Assembly (NCBI GenBank): GCA_017499595.2 | Contig: CM039010.1 | Span: forward strand, 930,001-994,000 | DNA from: Psilocybe cubensis | Lineage: Eukaryota | Direction of reading: 5' to 3' | Length of the DNA: 64,000 nt | The notes under the pieces: generated by a model | Databases searched by the model: none | Seen by the model: only the letters and a program-made list of their open reading frames with translations | What the model was told of the DNA's origin: nothing | Shown here: one piece after another, positions 26,743-38,704 of the stretch | Position numbering within the stretch: the first letter of the stretch is position 1 | Layout: each line of letters begins with the position of its first letter | Made by a program: the position numbers and the translations under genes

Positions 26743-29700
26743 ATGGCGCAATCACCCATGATATCGATTCCTAAGAAGACCACAGAGGAGGTCGACTGGA
26801 CGACGCCAATACGCAACCTTATTTCACAATCTTACGGAGAGAGTCCAGATAATTATGCTGCAGAGTGCTCAGCCCTGCAGCGTTGTCGCCAGGACGCTGT
26901 ACGGGGTGCAGGGAGCGATATCACAGGTGCGCATATATCCCTATCTCTGGCGCGCCCAAGTATCACCATACTAACAGCGCATATCGATGCATATCTATAG
27001 CGCGAGACCTCCTCTACAAGTACTTTGGCCAACTCGAACTGCTGGAGCTGCGGTTCTCGGAGATTCGAGTCAACTTTCCATGGCATGACGCGTTCACGAA
27101 CAAGTTGATCACGCAGACGTCTATTGCGTATGAGAAGGCGTCAGTCTTGTTCCAGATCGCTGGGACACATTCTGCTATCGCTGCAAGCCAGAGCAGATCG
27201 GATCCCGAGGGTCTAAAGCGCGCATTCTACTACTTCAGAGCTTGCGCAGGCATGCTCACGTACATCAATGAGAATTTCCTGCATGCGCCATCAACAGATC
27301 TCAGTCGCGAGGTTGTCAAGTTCCTCATCAACATCATTCTCGCCCAAGCAACAGAGGTATTTTTCGAAAAATGCACAGAGGAAAAGAAAGGCAATGCTTT
27401 GGTGTCAAAAATTGGGCAGCAAGCCGCGTCAATGTATACGTCATTGACGGAGGATGTGAAGGAATTCATGGGCAAAGGCATCTTTGACCGCAACTGGGTT
27501 ACTCTTATACAGGTACGCATCAAACATGGTTTATGTCCAGCAGCATATACTCACCCATGACAGATTAAAGCTAAATATTTCTCCTCACTCGCCCAATACC
27601 ACCGTGGCCTCGCAGATAATGCAGCCAACAAGCACGGCGACGCTCTCGTCCGCTTCATCCAAGCGGAATCGCTCGCGAAAGAAGCTAGCCGGACTGCAAG
27701 CAGCTTCGGCTCCATGTTCGTGTCCAACATGTCCCCCAACCTTCCCGCCGACGCAGGCACCGCCATCGCCGAGCGCACCAAGGCGCACCTCGTCATCTGC
27801 TCCGACAAAAAGGCTGAAGCGACGCGTGAGAACGACCTCATTTACAACGCAATCCTTCCCGCGTTCGAGGCTTTGCCGCAGATTGAGAAGACGGTTGTGG
27901 CAACCCCGATACACATCCACGACGTCTATGGTGCGCCCGAGGTGCAGAAGACGATTGGGCAGGATTTCTTTATCAGGCTCGTGCCACTTAGTGTGCATGA
28001 GAGCGCGTCTGTGTATTCGGAGGAGAAGGCAAAGCTGGTGCGTGGGGAGGTGGAGAAGGCGGATGCGGCGGAAGGAGAGGCACGGAGTGCACTGGATGGG
28101 CTTGGCGTCAAAGAGGGGCTTGTGCGCTTTAAGGCAATGGCAGAGGGCGAGGTAGGGGGTGGGGACGAGGTCCCGATAGATGTGCGGCGATGGAAGGAGG
28201 ACATCGCGCTCGTTGAGGATCGGGACGGCGTTGACGGGCTGATGCGTGCGCTCAACAGCCTCAAGGGCAACGTGCACCACGATCTGGAGGCGATTTCGCG
28301 CGATCTGGATGCCGAGTCAAAGGAGTGCGAGGTGATGAGAGTCAAATATGAGCATCTGTGGTCGCAGGCGCCGAGCGCGACGATTACGAAGAACTTTAGG
28401 CAGGATCTCAAGTCGCATTTTGGTGCGCTGGAGGCTGCAGCAGCGTCAGACCAGCAGGTGACAGCGTTGTGGGACTCGGTGAGGAGTGATATCCAGTTGT
28501 TGCTGAGTCCACAGGTCGAACAACTGTTTTCGGAGAGGGGCGGTTCGAAGCCAGATAACCTACTTGACCTGGACGTGGATAATGATGCCGACGAATCAAA
28601 GGAAAGAACGAAGATCAAGGGATACGTCGATGAGATTGAAGAGCGGTTGAAAAGACTCAATCTGATCTCTAAGGAACGAGGGGAGGTTCTCAAAGATCTG
28701 AAAGAGAAGGTATGTCCCTTTTACTTAGCAGCGTTTTACGTCATTCTCATTGTCCCATGTTTTTAGATTCAAACAGACGACGTTTCCCATCTCCTACTTC
28801 TCAACAGACGCAATGCAGGTGTCGAACCAACCCTCTTCGCTGCTGAGCTCGAGAAATTCCGGCCGTATCAGCAACGGCTGGCATCCACGGTACACCATCA
28901 GGAAATGGCGCTGCAGGAGGTCACCACACTGTGGAAGGGTCTAAAAGAACTTGCTGGACGTGGTGCGGGCGCGCGGAAGTGGGAAGAAAGGGAAAAGAGG
29001 AAGAAAGATACTGTGAGGCGGTTTTCGCGGGCTAGAGATGGGTATATGGAGGTCCGGGACGGATTGGCGTGAGTCTCGTTCATTCAATGATCCCAAAAAA
29101 ATTCTTTGGTGACAACTTATGTTGTGTGTTTACAGGAAGGGGCTCCAGTTTTACACCGAGCTGACAGAACTCGTCTCTAAACTTGGTACACACGTGCGTT
29201 CGTACATAACGGAACGCGGTGTCGAACGTGAAGCACTTGTTGCGAAACTGGAAACGGAGAAGAGACTGGCGTCTGCGACTTCACCACCACCGCCGCCCCC
29301 GTTGGCATCTAAACCTCCTCTTCCACCGCCTCCTCCTCGTCAAGCAACTTTGGATAGTGCCTTTTCTTCGCTTAGTCTGCAGAATGCACCATCGCCGCCC
29401 CAGCAACCACCTCAACATTCTTGGCAGACGAGCCCACCACCAACGCAACCTTACGGAAATGGTGCCAATTCATCTTACGGAGCTGGACAACAGCAGCAAC
29501 AGCATGCGCCGTCACCGTACGCAAGTGCACCTCCCCCTCCGCCACCTTCATCCCAGCCATCTCAGTATTCATACCAACAACCACAACAGTATGGTAATCC
29601 GTCACCGTATGGTAACCTCCCACCCCCACCCCCTCAGCAACAGTCCTCGTCGTTCCTTCCCCCGCCGCCACCACGGCCACCTGCGCATTCATCGTCGTAT

Positions 29701-30102
29701 TCAACGACGTCGCCATCTGCCCCGGCGGTAGACCCATACGCAAATCTGGGATTGTTCAATCCTTCTGCGCCTAGTCAGCCGCCGCCACCGCCTCCGCCGT
29801 CACAGCCTGCTCAACAAAACTCTGGGTACGGTGGTGGTGCGGGAGGGTATTATTCTCAACAGCCGCCACAGCAGCAGAATCATTATGGGAGCACACAGTT
29901 CCCCCCGCCTCCCCCACAACCCCAGTCGCAGCAGTATCAGGGGTATCAACCACAGCAGCAGCAGCAGCAGCAAGGAGGGTACCAGATGCCCCCGCCGCCT
30001 CCTGGTCAGCAGCCACAGTATTCAAGTTATCAGACGCCGCCACCCCCACCTACGTCGTACCCCCCTAGTAGTGGGTATTCGCAACAGGGGTATGGGAGGT
30101 GA
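26743..30102 (+). CDS. BRO1: Vacuolar protein sorting protein Bro1 (BRO1 domain, V domain, Pro/Gln-rich tail)
   Basis: [12 protein letters not shown]..., [57 protein letters not shown] and a long PPP/QQQ tail. Confidence 0.93.
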
Positions 30103-30554
30103 TTAATGGGTTATATGTGAACTGTGCTTTGGCTTAGCTTTAGCTGGTCATCGGGATGCATGTGGTCACCCCTTAAGGCCCTTAACACCTCAACGCAGGA
30201 ATGTCGATGCGGATTGTGTGTATTTTATTTATTTCCAGTTTTTGTTGTATTCTCTGTGAGTGTTATTGTGAGTGTAAACAGTTGTGGTAGTGATGGTGGA
30301 CGTGAATATGTATGTTGGATCTCGTTGTTTGGTTTGAGAGTTCGAAGGATAATGGCCAATGGCCGATCTCGAATCATAACGGCGATTTCAGCAATGTCCT
30401 TTGTTCTCCTAATGATAACGATGGCTGGTGGTACGTGCTGGTATAAGGGGTATCTAGATTCTATTATTGCAAAAAAATGCAATACGCTCTACAAGTGGAA
30501 GTAAGTCTGCTCCGGAATAAAACACGCAAAGTATTAGCGCCAAAACCACCTTTT

Positions 30555-31150
30555 TCATGATGAAGCCGTCTCCGCAGATGCTGTTGGAACCTTTGTCGCT
30601 GGCGCTTCACCCGCACCCTTGTCCTCTTTTCCCGAAGAACTGTACAACAGTGTCCGCCCCCATTCTACCGCGCTGCGATCGAGATTCTGGATCCCCCGGA
30701 AGAGGCACTCTACCTCGTTGTTCCACCGCGCCTTGAGCTCCGTCGTGAAGTTGTGCGGCTTGACACGAGCCGCTGCTGAGGGCGGCGCAAGGATGACATT
30801 GGGAGTTTCCACGAGCCGGACGCTCAGTGTGTGCAAGCTGTGAACATTCCGCCGTATGAGTATGAGTATGGGTGTTTATCTAGATATATGGACGTCGGAA
30901 ACGCACTCTTTGATATGCTGCTGTGTCCTGATGTGTGAGTTATTTAATATTGAGTTCTTCTGTGAACGCTCTTGCGATACTGTGAATTTTCTGCGTACCG
31001 CGTTTGCATGAGATTAGAAAAGCCGTAGTAGATCTATCGTTGGTTTGCTAGAGTTAACGGATTGCGCTAGACGTTTTCGTAGAGGGAGTGGAGTGGACGT
31101 ACCCCGCCAGCGACCAGCGCGCCGGAAAGTGGGCCTAGGAGAACGGACAT
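30555..31150 (-). CDS. MIC12: MICOS complex subunit Mic12-like
   Basis: Spliced MSVLLGPLSGALVAGG/IYYGFSNLMQTR/TQQHIKD/LHTLSVRL...TTELKARWNNEVECLFRGI: N-terminal TM plus the KxRWNxEV motif of fungal Mic12. Confidence 0.75.
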
Positions 31151-31548
31151 GGCGGAAGGTCTGTTGGCTGTTTGCTGCCAACGTCTGTGGATGAGGTGCT
31201 CCCGTTGAGCATGCCATCCGGAAAACGCCGAGCTCGTTACTTCTACTCACGACTTCGTTTTCTGACCTTGTTTGATTCCTTACATTCAACATTTCGCTAT
31301 TTCTGGTAGACACGTACACTCTTTCAAGGTTCTTCTTATATGTGGTCGCAAGAAAGCGATTACATAGGTTGCATCAAATGTTTTGGATTAAGTGTGCTAG
31401 ATATTCGAATGATTCGAAGAAAAAGTCGAACAGTCAAAAAATGCGATAAAGTGTACATGCAAAACGACGAAAACTTAAAAGGACCCAAAAAAATACCAAA
31501 GCGAAACTGAAAAAAATTGGAAAAAAAAGTGTTTGCTAAGTAAAAGGA

Positions 31549-32792
31549 TCAGAAATCGTCGTCACCACCATCGTCTCCAAAGTCGTCGTCGCCGCCGTCA
31601 TCTCCAAAGTCGTCGTCGCCGCCGTCATCGCCAAAGTCGTCGCCTCCATCATCACCACCGTCGTCACCGCCATCGTCAGCACCGTCTTCACCGGTATCAG
31701 CAGAGTCGTCGCCGACATCGAGAGCAGGATCGTCAGCGCCGAGACCGTCGTCAGTGTCGTCGGTGGTATCGGTGGTGTCGTCAGTACCGTCAGTACCGTC
31801 AGTACCGTCAGTGCCATCCGTGCCATCGGTACCATCAGTACCATCCGTGCCGTCAGTACCGTCAGTTGCATCGGTGCCGTCGCTGGAGGCAGCGGCGTCG
31901 GCGGTATCAGTCGACGTAGGGTCGGTAGAAGTTGCAGCGTCAGACGTATCGGTCGATGTAGGGTCAGTAGAAGCAGCCGCGTCGGAGGTGTCGGTGCTCG
32001 TCGGTGCGGTCGAAGCAGCTTGGTCAGAGGTATCAGTTGACGTGGGGTCCGTTGGAGCAGCAGAGGCTTTATCGGCGCGTTTATCAGACAACAGTTTTGG
32101 ATTGTAAATTTAATGAAAAGACCCACCAGCAGAGGCAGAGGCATTGCTTCCACTAGATCCTGACGATCCCTTTGCTATTAAAAAAGCAAAGTTAGATCGG
32201 TATTAAGCATTAAAAAGAAACAAAAATATATCACTTACAAGCACTGGACCCACCAGAGGCGGCTTTCTGGGCAGCGGAGGAGGCCGCCTTTTGCGCAGCA
32301 GCAGCAGCCGCTGACTGGGCAGAGGAAGCAGCTGACGAGGCAGCCGATGCTGAAGCCTTGTTGCAAGCGCCGACAATCGCCTGCCCGACAGTGTTAGCCT
32401 TATTGAGGAAGCCCTTGACAGAAGCGATATCCTTGGTCAGAGTAGCATCCGTGCTAAATAGATTTGAATATTTAGGAGCTCAGCATTGTGATATCAAAGA
32501 TTAGGACATACGTGTTGATCTTGTTGAGGACACCAAGGGCTGAGCTGAGGCCAGATACGACAGCCTTAGCAGATGCGGAACATTCGATGTTCTGGAGGAT
32601 GGAAGCGAGATCACGCTGTTCAATTGTGCGCACATCGAATGGCTGAGCAATAGGCGCTGGTTAACGAAAATTATATCAGCGTCAAATCTGGTCTCCAACC
32701 CAGCTCAAGCGAGGCTACATACCAGCAAAAGTTGACTGCCACAAGCAAGCGGTGAGCACAGTGGCAAGGAGAGTTCTCGGGATCCGAGTCAT
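31549..32792 (-). CDS. Secreted protein with small helical domain, Ala/Ser linker and extremely acidic repeat tail
   Basis: Signal peptide MTRIPRTLLATVLTACLWQSTFA; two Cys in a helical segment; last exon has AASTDPTSTDTSD x4, (DGT) x about 10 and DDFGDDGG x4. Confidence 0.78.
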
Positions 32793-35274
32793 AGTAGTGT
32801 TGTTATAAAGAAAGTCGACTTTTGAAAAGAGTTGTGCACAAACGAATCAATCGAATAAACCAAAACAATGAAAATAAAAAAGGAAGGGAAGAGGACACCA
32901 GGTCTCCTCTGGGGAACCAAAATGAAAGATGAATATTAGGGAAGCAAGAGATTCTGTGCGTTTATATGCTTTTCCTCAGCCCCTGCTCCCCTGCTTGACA
33001 AGCACGGAGGTACCGAAAGACCCACCGATCGACAGGCACTAGACAGGATGTCATAGGCATCAGATGAACAATCACACATTATGGAGCTGGAATGCTTAAA
33101 CCTGCCAAAACTACGCTGGTAACAAGCGGAGAAGGTGTTCGCTCGTCAGCCCAGGGAAAAGGGTGCCGACTGTTGACTGATTGCAATGCCATTTCCGCAA
33201 TTAAATTATGAGATTGAGGGTGCCAGATTAAAGATAGCTCAACTCCTGGATCAAAATAGAATCCAGCTGTTAGTATACTCAATAGGAGGGAGAACGTATC
33301 ACGAACCTGAACATAAACAGCATCAAGCATTCCCAGGGAGCGTCCTGAGCATAACCGTTCTCGATGGACTACTTTAACCTCTGGGAAAATCACCCAAAAC
33401 CAAGCTGTATTGTTTCTCTTTGGGAATGTCGAGTTAGAGGAGAGTAGCGTCAGCCAGCGTCAGTTTAGTTGAATAAGTGGTTTTGTAGGCGTGACAACCA
33501 AATGAAAAGTGGGCGCAGAAGCAAAAATGATCGACAATAGAATGTAGCGCGCGAATTCCAGCCTGCGCTCTGAGATTCGAGGTCCAGTGCAGTCCAGTGT
33601 GGAGAAGACTTCATCAATAGCACATATGAATCGCACAGGTTCCAACGTCGAATTTCGAGTTAGCAACGACCTGTCATGGATTTACAGCTTCATCACTGCC
33701 CACCCCTGCGAAGTTTGACGCTTCCACATGCATCGAATTGAATGTCGAGAAAAATATATGCTCGAGTAGACGGTCTATAATAAGAAAAGGCGTTTGTAAT
33801 CACACAGTCAATCTATGAATATCCCATACTGTAAGAATAGATAAAAACCCCTATAGCTGGAGTAGATCAACAACGAAACCTCACCTAACTTAGCTGTTGA
33901 CGTCGATCGATGCGATGCGGTGGAATGAATGGTGGCCTAGGCAACTTCCCTCCCAACCAGTGGACACTGGCGTTGTGCACCATCTGTATGACTGTATGTA
34001 TGCGCCCTAAAAGTCTGACGAGCGGCTTTCACGATGTTACATGACCAGTCTAGCGCTGATGACAAGACAACAACTCGATGGGCGAATAGAAAGTGCGGCA
34101 AGGACTTTGAACCTTTTGAGCAATGTAAGCCTACAATAAGAGATAACTGAAGAAGAGAAGCTTTCAATCTTTTGTTACTTTCATCAAAGATCTAGAGACT
34201 TACTTGAACTCGACTTGACCCAAATTTGAAAATCGGTCAAGTAGGATTGAATGGCAGGAAAAGGTGATGTAGCTCATCATTGATGCACTGTTCCGGTCGC
34301 TCAGAGAAATATAAATGGCATACAACTTGTTAAAGGTGCATTCTTTCGCGTTGAAAAAGGGATCAGAATGAACATTATGCAAAGTTCACGTTCGTGCTCA
34401 ATGTTCAAGGAGGAGTGAACGTAGTGTGACAATTCGGGTCACAAAATCCGTGAATGCGGAGTTTGAATGTGAAAAGTCTGCCGGCGAAGACCGTTCAAGG
34501 TGCTTCCGTGCCACCAACGTGCCACTGACAATTTTTTCACCATCGATTCGGAGTGGCACTTGAGTGGCACCAAACGGTATCGCTGCAATACCCTGCGTTC
34601 AACGCACAAGGCTTTTAGGGACATCTAAGACTCTATACCTTTGCTTTTGATGGGACTTCAACAGATGTCGTTGGTCAGTTAAAATCTTTGTTCATAAGTT
34701 GAAACGACGCATTCACGCCTCAGGATGCTCTTCAATCGAGCATGGTAATGTTGTGCCACTCTCCTTTTTTCTAGTAATATCAGTACCGGGACGATCACTA
34801 CATACGTCGATATGTGGCATACAGATCATTGTGGATTCAACCCCTCCTTAAACAGATGATTCTTCAAGCGTGCATAGAAAGACCGATAACCTGGTAAGAG
34901 AAACGAGGTTACTTTCAACATCGTGTTTCCAAACAGGCCTTCTAATTCCACAGCTACGCGTAGCGAGGTGTCAAAAAAAGGTATTAGGACCCTACCGTGA
35001 GGACGGTTCAACTCCTTTCCGTGAAGACAATGAGGCATTGGCAAGAAAATGATTCGTTCTGACTTGGGATTTGATGGATAGTATCTCATTAGAAGCTTCG
35101 GGAATACCCAGGAGTGGCCATACACAGCAGGGTGGCCCTCGTCCTGCAGTCTCATTCCAGAAATGGAAAATAATTGGATTGTCATATGGTCCGGTGGAGG
35201 TCCTAAAATAGAACACGAGTCAAGGTCGGCGGGCCCCCGAGGTGCCCCCGTGTTGTGGCACACAATCCTCAAGG

Positions 35275-35280
35275 TATAAA
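35275..35280 (+). promoter_or_regulatory. TATA box candidate for the first transcription unit of the repeat
   Basis: TATAAA followed by a CT-rich tract; conserved in copy 2. Confidence 0.4.
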
Positions 35281-35391
35281 TCAGGCCGTCTTGAAAATTT
35301 CTCGTCCACCGTCCCCACCTCTGCTCCCTCCACACACCGCTCGACGACGCCTCTGCCTTCCTCCTTCCGCCCACGCATACACGACTACCCT

Positions 35392-35657
35392 AACGCCCCC
35401 TTCGGTTGGTGAAAGATTTTATCGCTTCTCGCTTGCGAGTCAAGCAGACATAATCTTCACCGTGTGTTTTTATACTTCAGCTTCCAACGCCCCCCTTCGG
35501 TTGGTGAAAGATTTTATCGCTTCTCGTTTACGAGTCAAGCAGATATAATCTTCATCGTGTGTTCTTATGCTTCTGCTTCCAACGCCCCCCTACGGTTGGT
35601 GAAAGATTTTATCGCTTCTCGCTCACGAGTCAAGCAGATATAATCTTCACCGTGTTT
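35392..35657 (+). repeat. Tandem 94-95-bp repeat x about 2.8, each unit a long hairpin
   Basis: Units start at 35392, 35486 and 35581; core GGTGAAAGATTTTATC-GCTT-CTCG-N4-CGAG-TC-AAGC-A-GAYATAATCTTCAYC. Mirrored at about 63586-63851. Confidence 0.9.
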
Positions 35658-35854
35658 CGCATCACTGAGTTCTATGTAAGGGAGATTCTTTGTGGTATCT
35701 ATTATACTTCTGCTGCCAGTGTCTCTTTGTGCGAGGTTGTGCTATGCTGGGTTCTAGGTATGTCTCGCATTCGCAATGATTTGGTACATCCATACTTACA
35801 CGGGTTCACAGTTCTGCTGGGATACGATATCTTGCTACGTCTACCTCCTCGTCA

Positions 35855-35998
35855 AATCGAAAAGAGCTATATGCCACAACAAAAAGAGCCACAGGGCCAC
35901 ATCGAAAAGAGCCACGGAGCCACATTGAAAAGAGCCACAGAGCCAAAGTGAAGAGCTCATTGAGCCATCGAAAAGAGCCATAGAGTCACATTGAAGAC
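35855..35998 (+). repeat. Short degenerate repeat array (GAAAAGAGCCAC core, about 22-bp period, 5-6 units)
   Basis: ATCGAAAAGAGCTAT, AAAAAGAGCCACA, ATCGAAAAGAGCCACG, ATTGAAAAGAGCCACA, ATCGAAAAGAGCCATA; mirrored at about 63243-63388. Confidence 0.85.
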
Positions 35999-38672
35999 TC
36001 ATAGTGCGTGCTTGTGTTTTCGACCTTTCTGTCTTGGATATGCTTTCAATGCCTGGGTGATCGTCGTCCTTGCTCTGGGTTGTTGGTTCTGTCAACATCT
36101 TCCGAAGACATCGTCAATGCCACAGTGAAGGTGCGTATCCCAGGACCGGTGTGGGGCTTTGACGCAGCTCCTGGGCTTACGACGAAACCTGAGGAGTTTA
36201 CACTCCGATATGGCTTCTGTCAACCAACGCCACACCACTCTGACCTCCCGCATAGTGTGGCCAAACGGCAAAGCCATTCCCCCTAATCGAAAGGGGAGCG
36301 GAAGGGATCGTTGTGGTCTAGCAAATGGTGAGTGTTGATATCTTCTCTGTAGTGCAGTGCTCAGCTGGCTTTTCAGGTTCTTAAACTTTCTCTAAGCCTG
36401 CCCGATGAATCTGCTTGTATGCGGTACGTTTTTTGTGTGTCATTATATTTTTCCATATTTATAATACTCTGGGTACAGTTCACTGCTCCTCATCTGTCGT
36501 GTCCTATCCCCCTCGCGTGGACAACGACACCTACCACTCTCAGTCATGCCGGAACACGGAGAATTGAAGTGGTAAAGGTCCTGGATGCTTCATGCATTCA
36601 GTTGACACTGTCGGTCAGCGATAACCACATCGCTGATTGGCAAAGCTTGCGAGACGGACCTCTGATCCGTCTGCAAGACTGAGTTTTCTGTACTTGGCCG
36701 GTGAGGACAATTACCTCAGCCGGCCCACTTGTTAGAATGTAAGTAAGTCAATTATGTACTGCAAACATCAAGTCGATTCTTCCAACTGATTATTCACATT
36801 TCTTCAGGTGATTCGTATAAGCGTATGAACCTGGACTTGGCTTTTAAGTACGTACAGCCGCCCTTTCCTCTGAAGATATATATGTCTAACCTTTCTGCCA
36901 CGCAGGTGTCGAAAGATTGTTCCAAGGCTCCTGCCTAACAAAATCTCCCCAAGAGACTCATGATAGGTGGTTGCAGCATAATCTACCACTCGTTGCCTTT
37001 GAACGAGCTGGTAAAGGTTCGCAGGATACCATCGTATCTGCGAACACTGCCGCTCTGATCGAGGCATCGGATCAGTTGCCGACGTCAGAGCAGCAAAGCC
37101 TTCCTCGCGGCTGACGGGTTGGAAGGATGGTTTCCATCCACCTATCAATCAGAAATTTCTTGATTGATAAAGACAAGTCGATTGTCCTCAGCGACAAGCG
37201 GCTGGTATTTTTTCCGGCAGGATGTGTCCGGTGGGACACTTGTGCTCCCTTGTCGTTGGGCTGCTGGCTTGTAGGTTGGCTTTGTCAATATGGCAAGGTC
37301 AATCGACTAAACGCACAATAGAATCACACATTTACATCATCTGTTTCTTTGTCTAGGTATGTGTTCTTACCGTTAACACATGGTCACAAATCTAACTATC
37401 TCTCTAGGCTAAGTTATCCTCCGACAGAGGTACGACTTGGCTATGTTGCGAGGAATTGCTACTTTTATTCACTCCATACAATTACACTACATTTTGCCGT
37501 AACGAATAATGAATTTTGGAACGTCCCTCTGTTCTTCAAAACGTTAATATGTTCTTTAAGTCCGTCATTAATTGTAAAAGTTATTTTGATTTAAAAGGGA
37601 GTGATGTGATGCATCGAAAAGGTGTAGGAGAATGGAATCCGTCAGAGAATGAAAGACCTGCCGCTCTTGATTCGCAGACTCTGTAAACTGTAGAGGAAAT
37701 CCACAAAGAGGGTTAAATTGCATGCGTTCCCGAGTGCCACGATCCACTTGAGCGCGAAGTAGGGCCAGGTCGGCGATCGCCGAAAAAAGACGCGACAACG
37801 GTAATTGCCGTGAGAAAATGACGCCATACACACAAGACGCGCCACTCAAAACGGCACTTGGGAATATTTCGAAAGCTTGACCCAAACTTGATCGACAAAA
37901 CCGAAACCGACATCCATCTGAAATCGAAACGGTATTGCAACTTCATATCACTCTACGGTTGCATTGCACTAGGTACTAGGGGGAGAACCGTGGTACAACT
38001 TGCCAGCAGTGGGTACAACGTGTCGGGCAACTAGCACAGTCCTGTTTGAGTGAGTCATAATTCTGTCAAAGGACGGGTTCCCAGCGGGCGATTGGCTAGT
38101 CATATTTTTTCAGTCGTTGATGGATGGACTGGAACGATCATATATGTTAAAGGCAAGTTGGTTCCAGGTTATTGTATACATCAAAATGGCATGTAAAAAG
38201 AATACCGAAGAACTCAGAAGGCCTCGGATTGTCGGCTGCCAGAAGTCCGGCCCTGCAATTTTTTTCTGAAACAATGACAAAACGCCTCCAGAAATTCCCA
38301 CCAAATTTCCATGGAGGCTTTTAACCTGCCTAGATGCGCATGGCCGAGGAACAGAAGAGAGGCACTATCAGTACCCCGTGAGCGCAATCTAACTCCTTTC
38401 TTCTAAGGCCAACGAAAAAAGACAAACGATGTTCCTTTATTATGCGTTATCTGATTGATACTCCATCGAAGCATACGGAGGCCGCCCGCACGTCTACGGG
38501 CTCGCATAGCAAAAATTTATTTTCTAAATCAGGTAATTTCCTGTGGTTGGAAACATGGACTGCCTGCCGTCATGTCAAGAACCCTGAAATAGAACGCGTG
38601 CCGAGAAAGCCGTCTTACTCATTGTGTGTGGCCTTGGGAGAGTGGCTGACAGCGGCAGGCAGGGGCTGGAAG

Positions 38673-38679
38673 TATATAA
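38673..38679 (+). promoter_or_regulatory. TATA box candidate for the structured spliced transcript
   Basis: TATATAA about 70 bp upstream of the first donor (38748); conserved in copy 2. Confidence 0.45.
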
Positions 38680-38704
38680 CATGTTGCATTTTCGTCAGCC
38701 TCAT

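Noticed and set aside
27585-28693. Long antisense ORFs opposite BRO1 (similar ones oppose SPT5 and the permease)
   Set aside because: Shadow frames caused by GC-rich codon usage of the real genes.
33900-35240. Coding-like minus-strand fragments next to the repeat
   Set aside because: Interrupted by multiple stops with no identifiable family; possibly a relic, but not supportable as a feature.
35392-35657. CRISPR-like repeat array
   Set aside because: Units are near-identical over their full length with no unique spacers; eukaryotic context and no cas genes.
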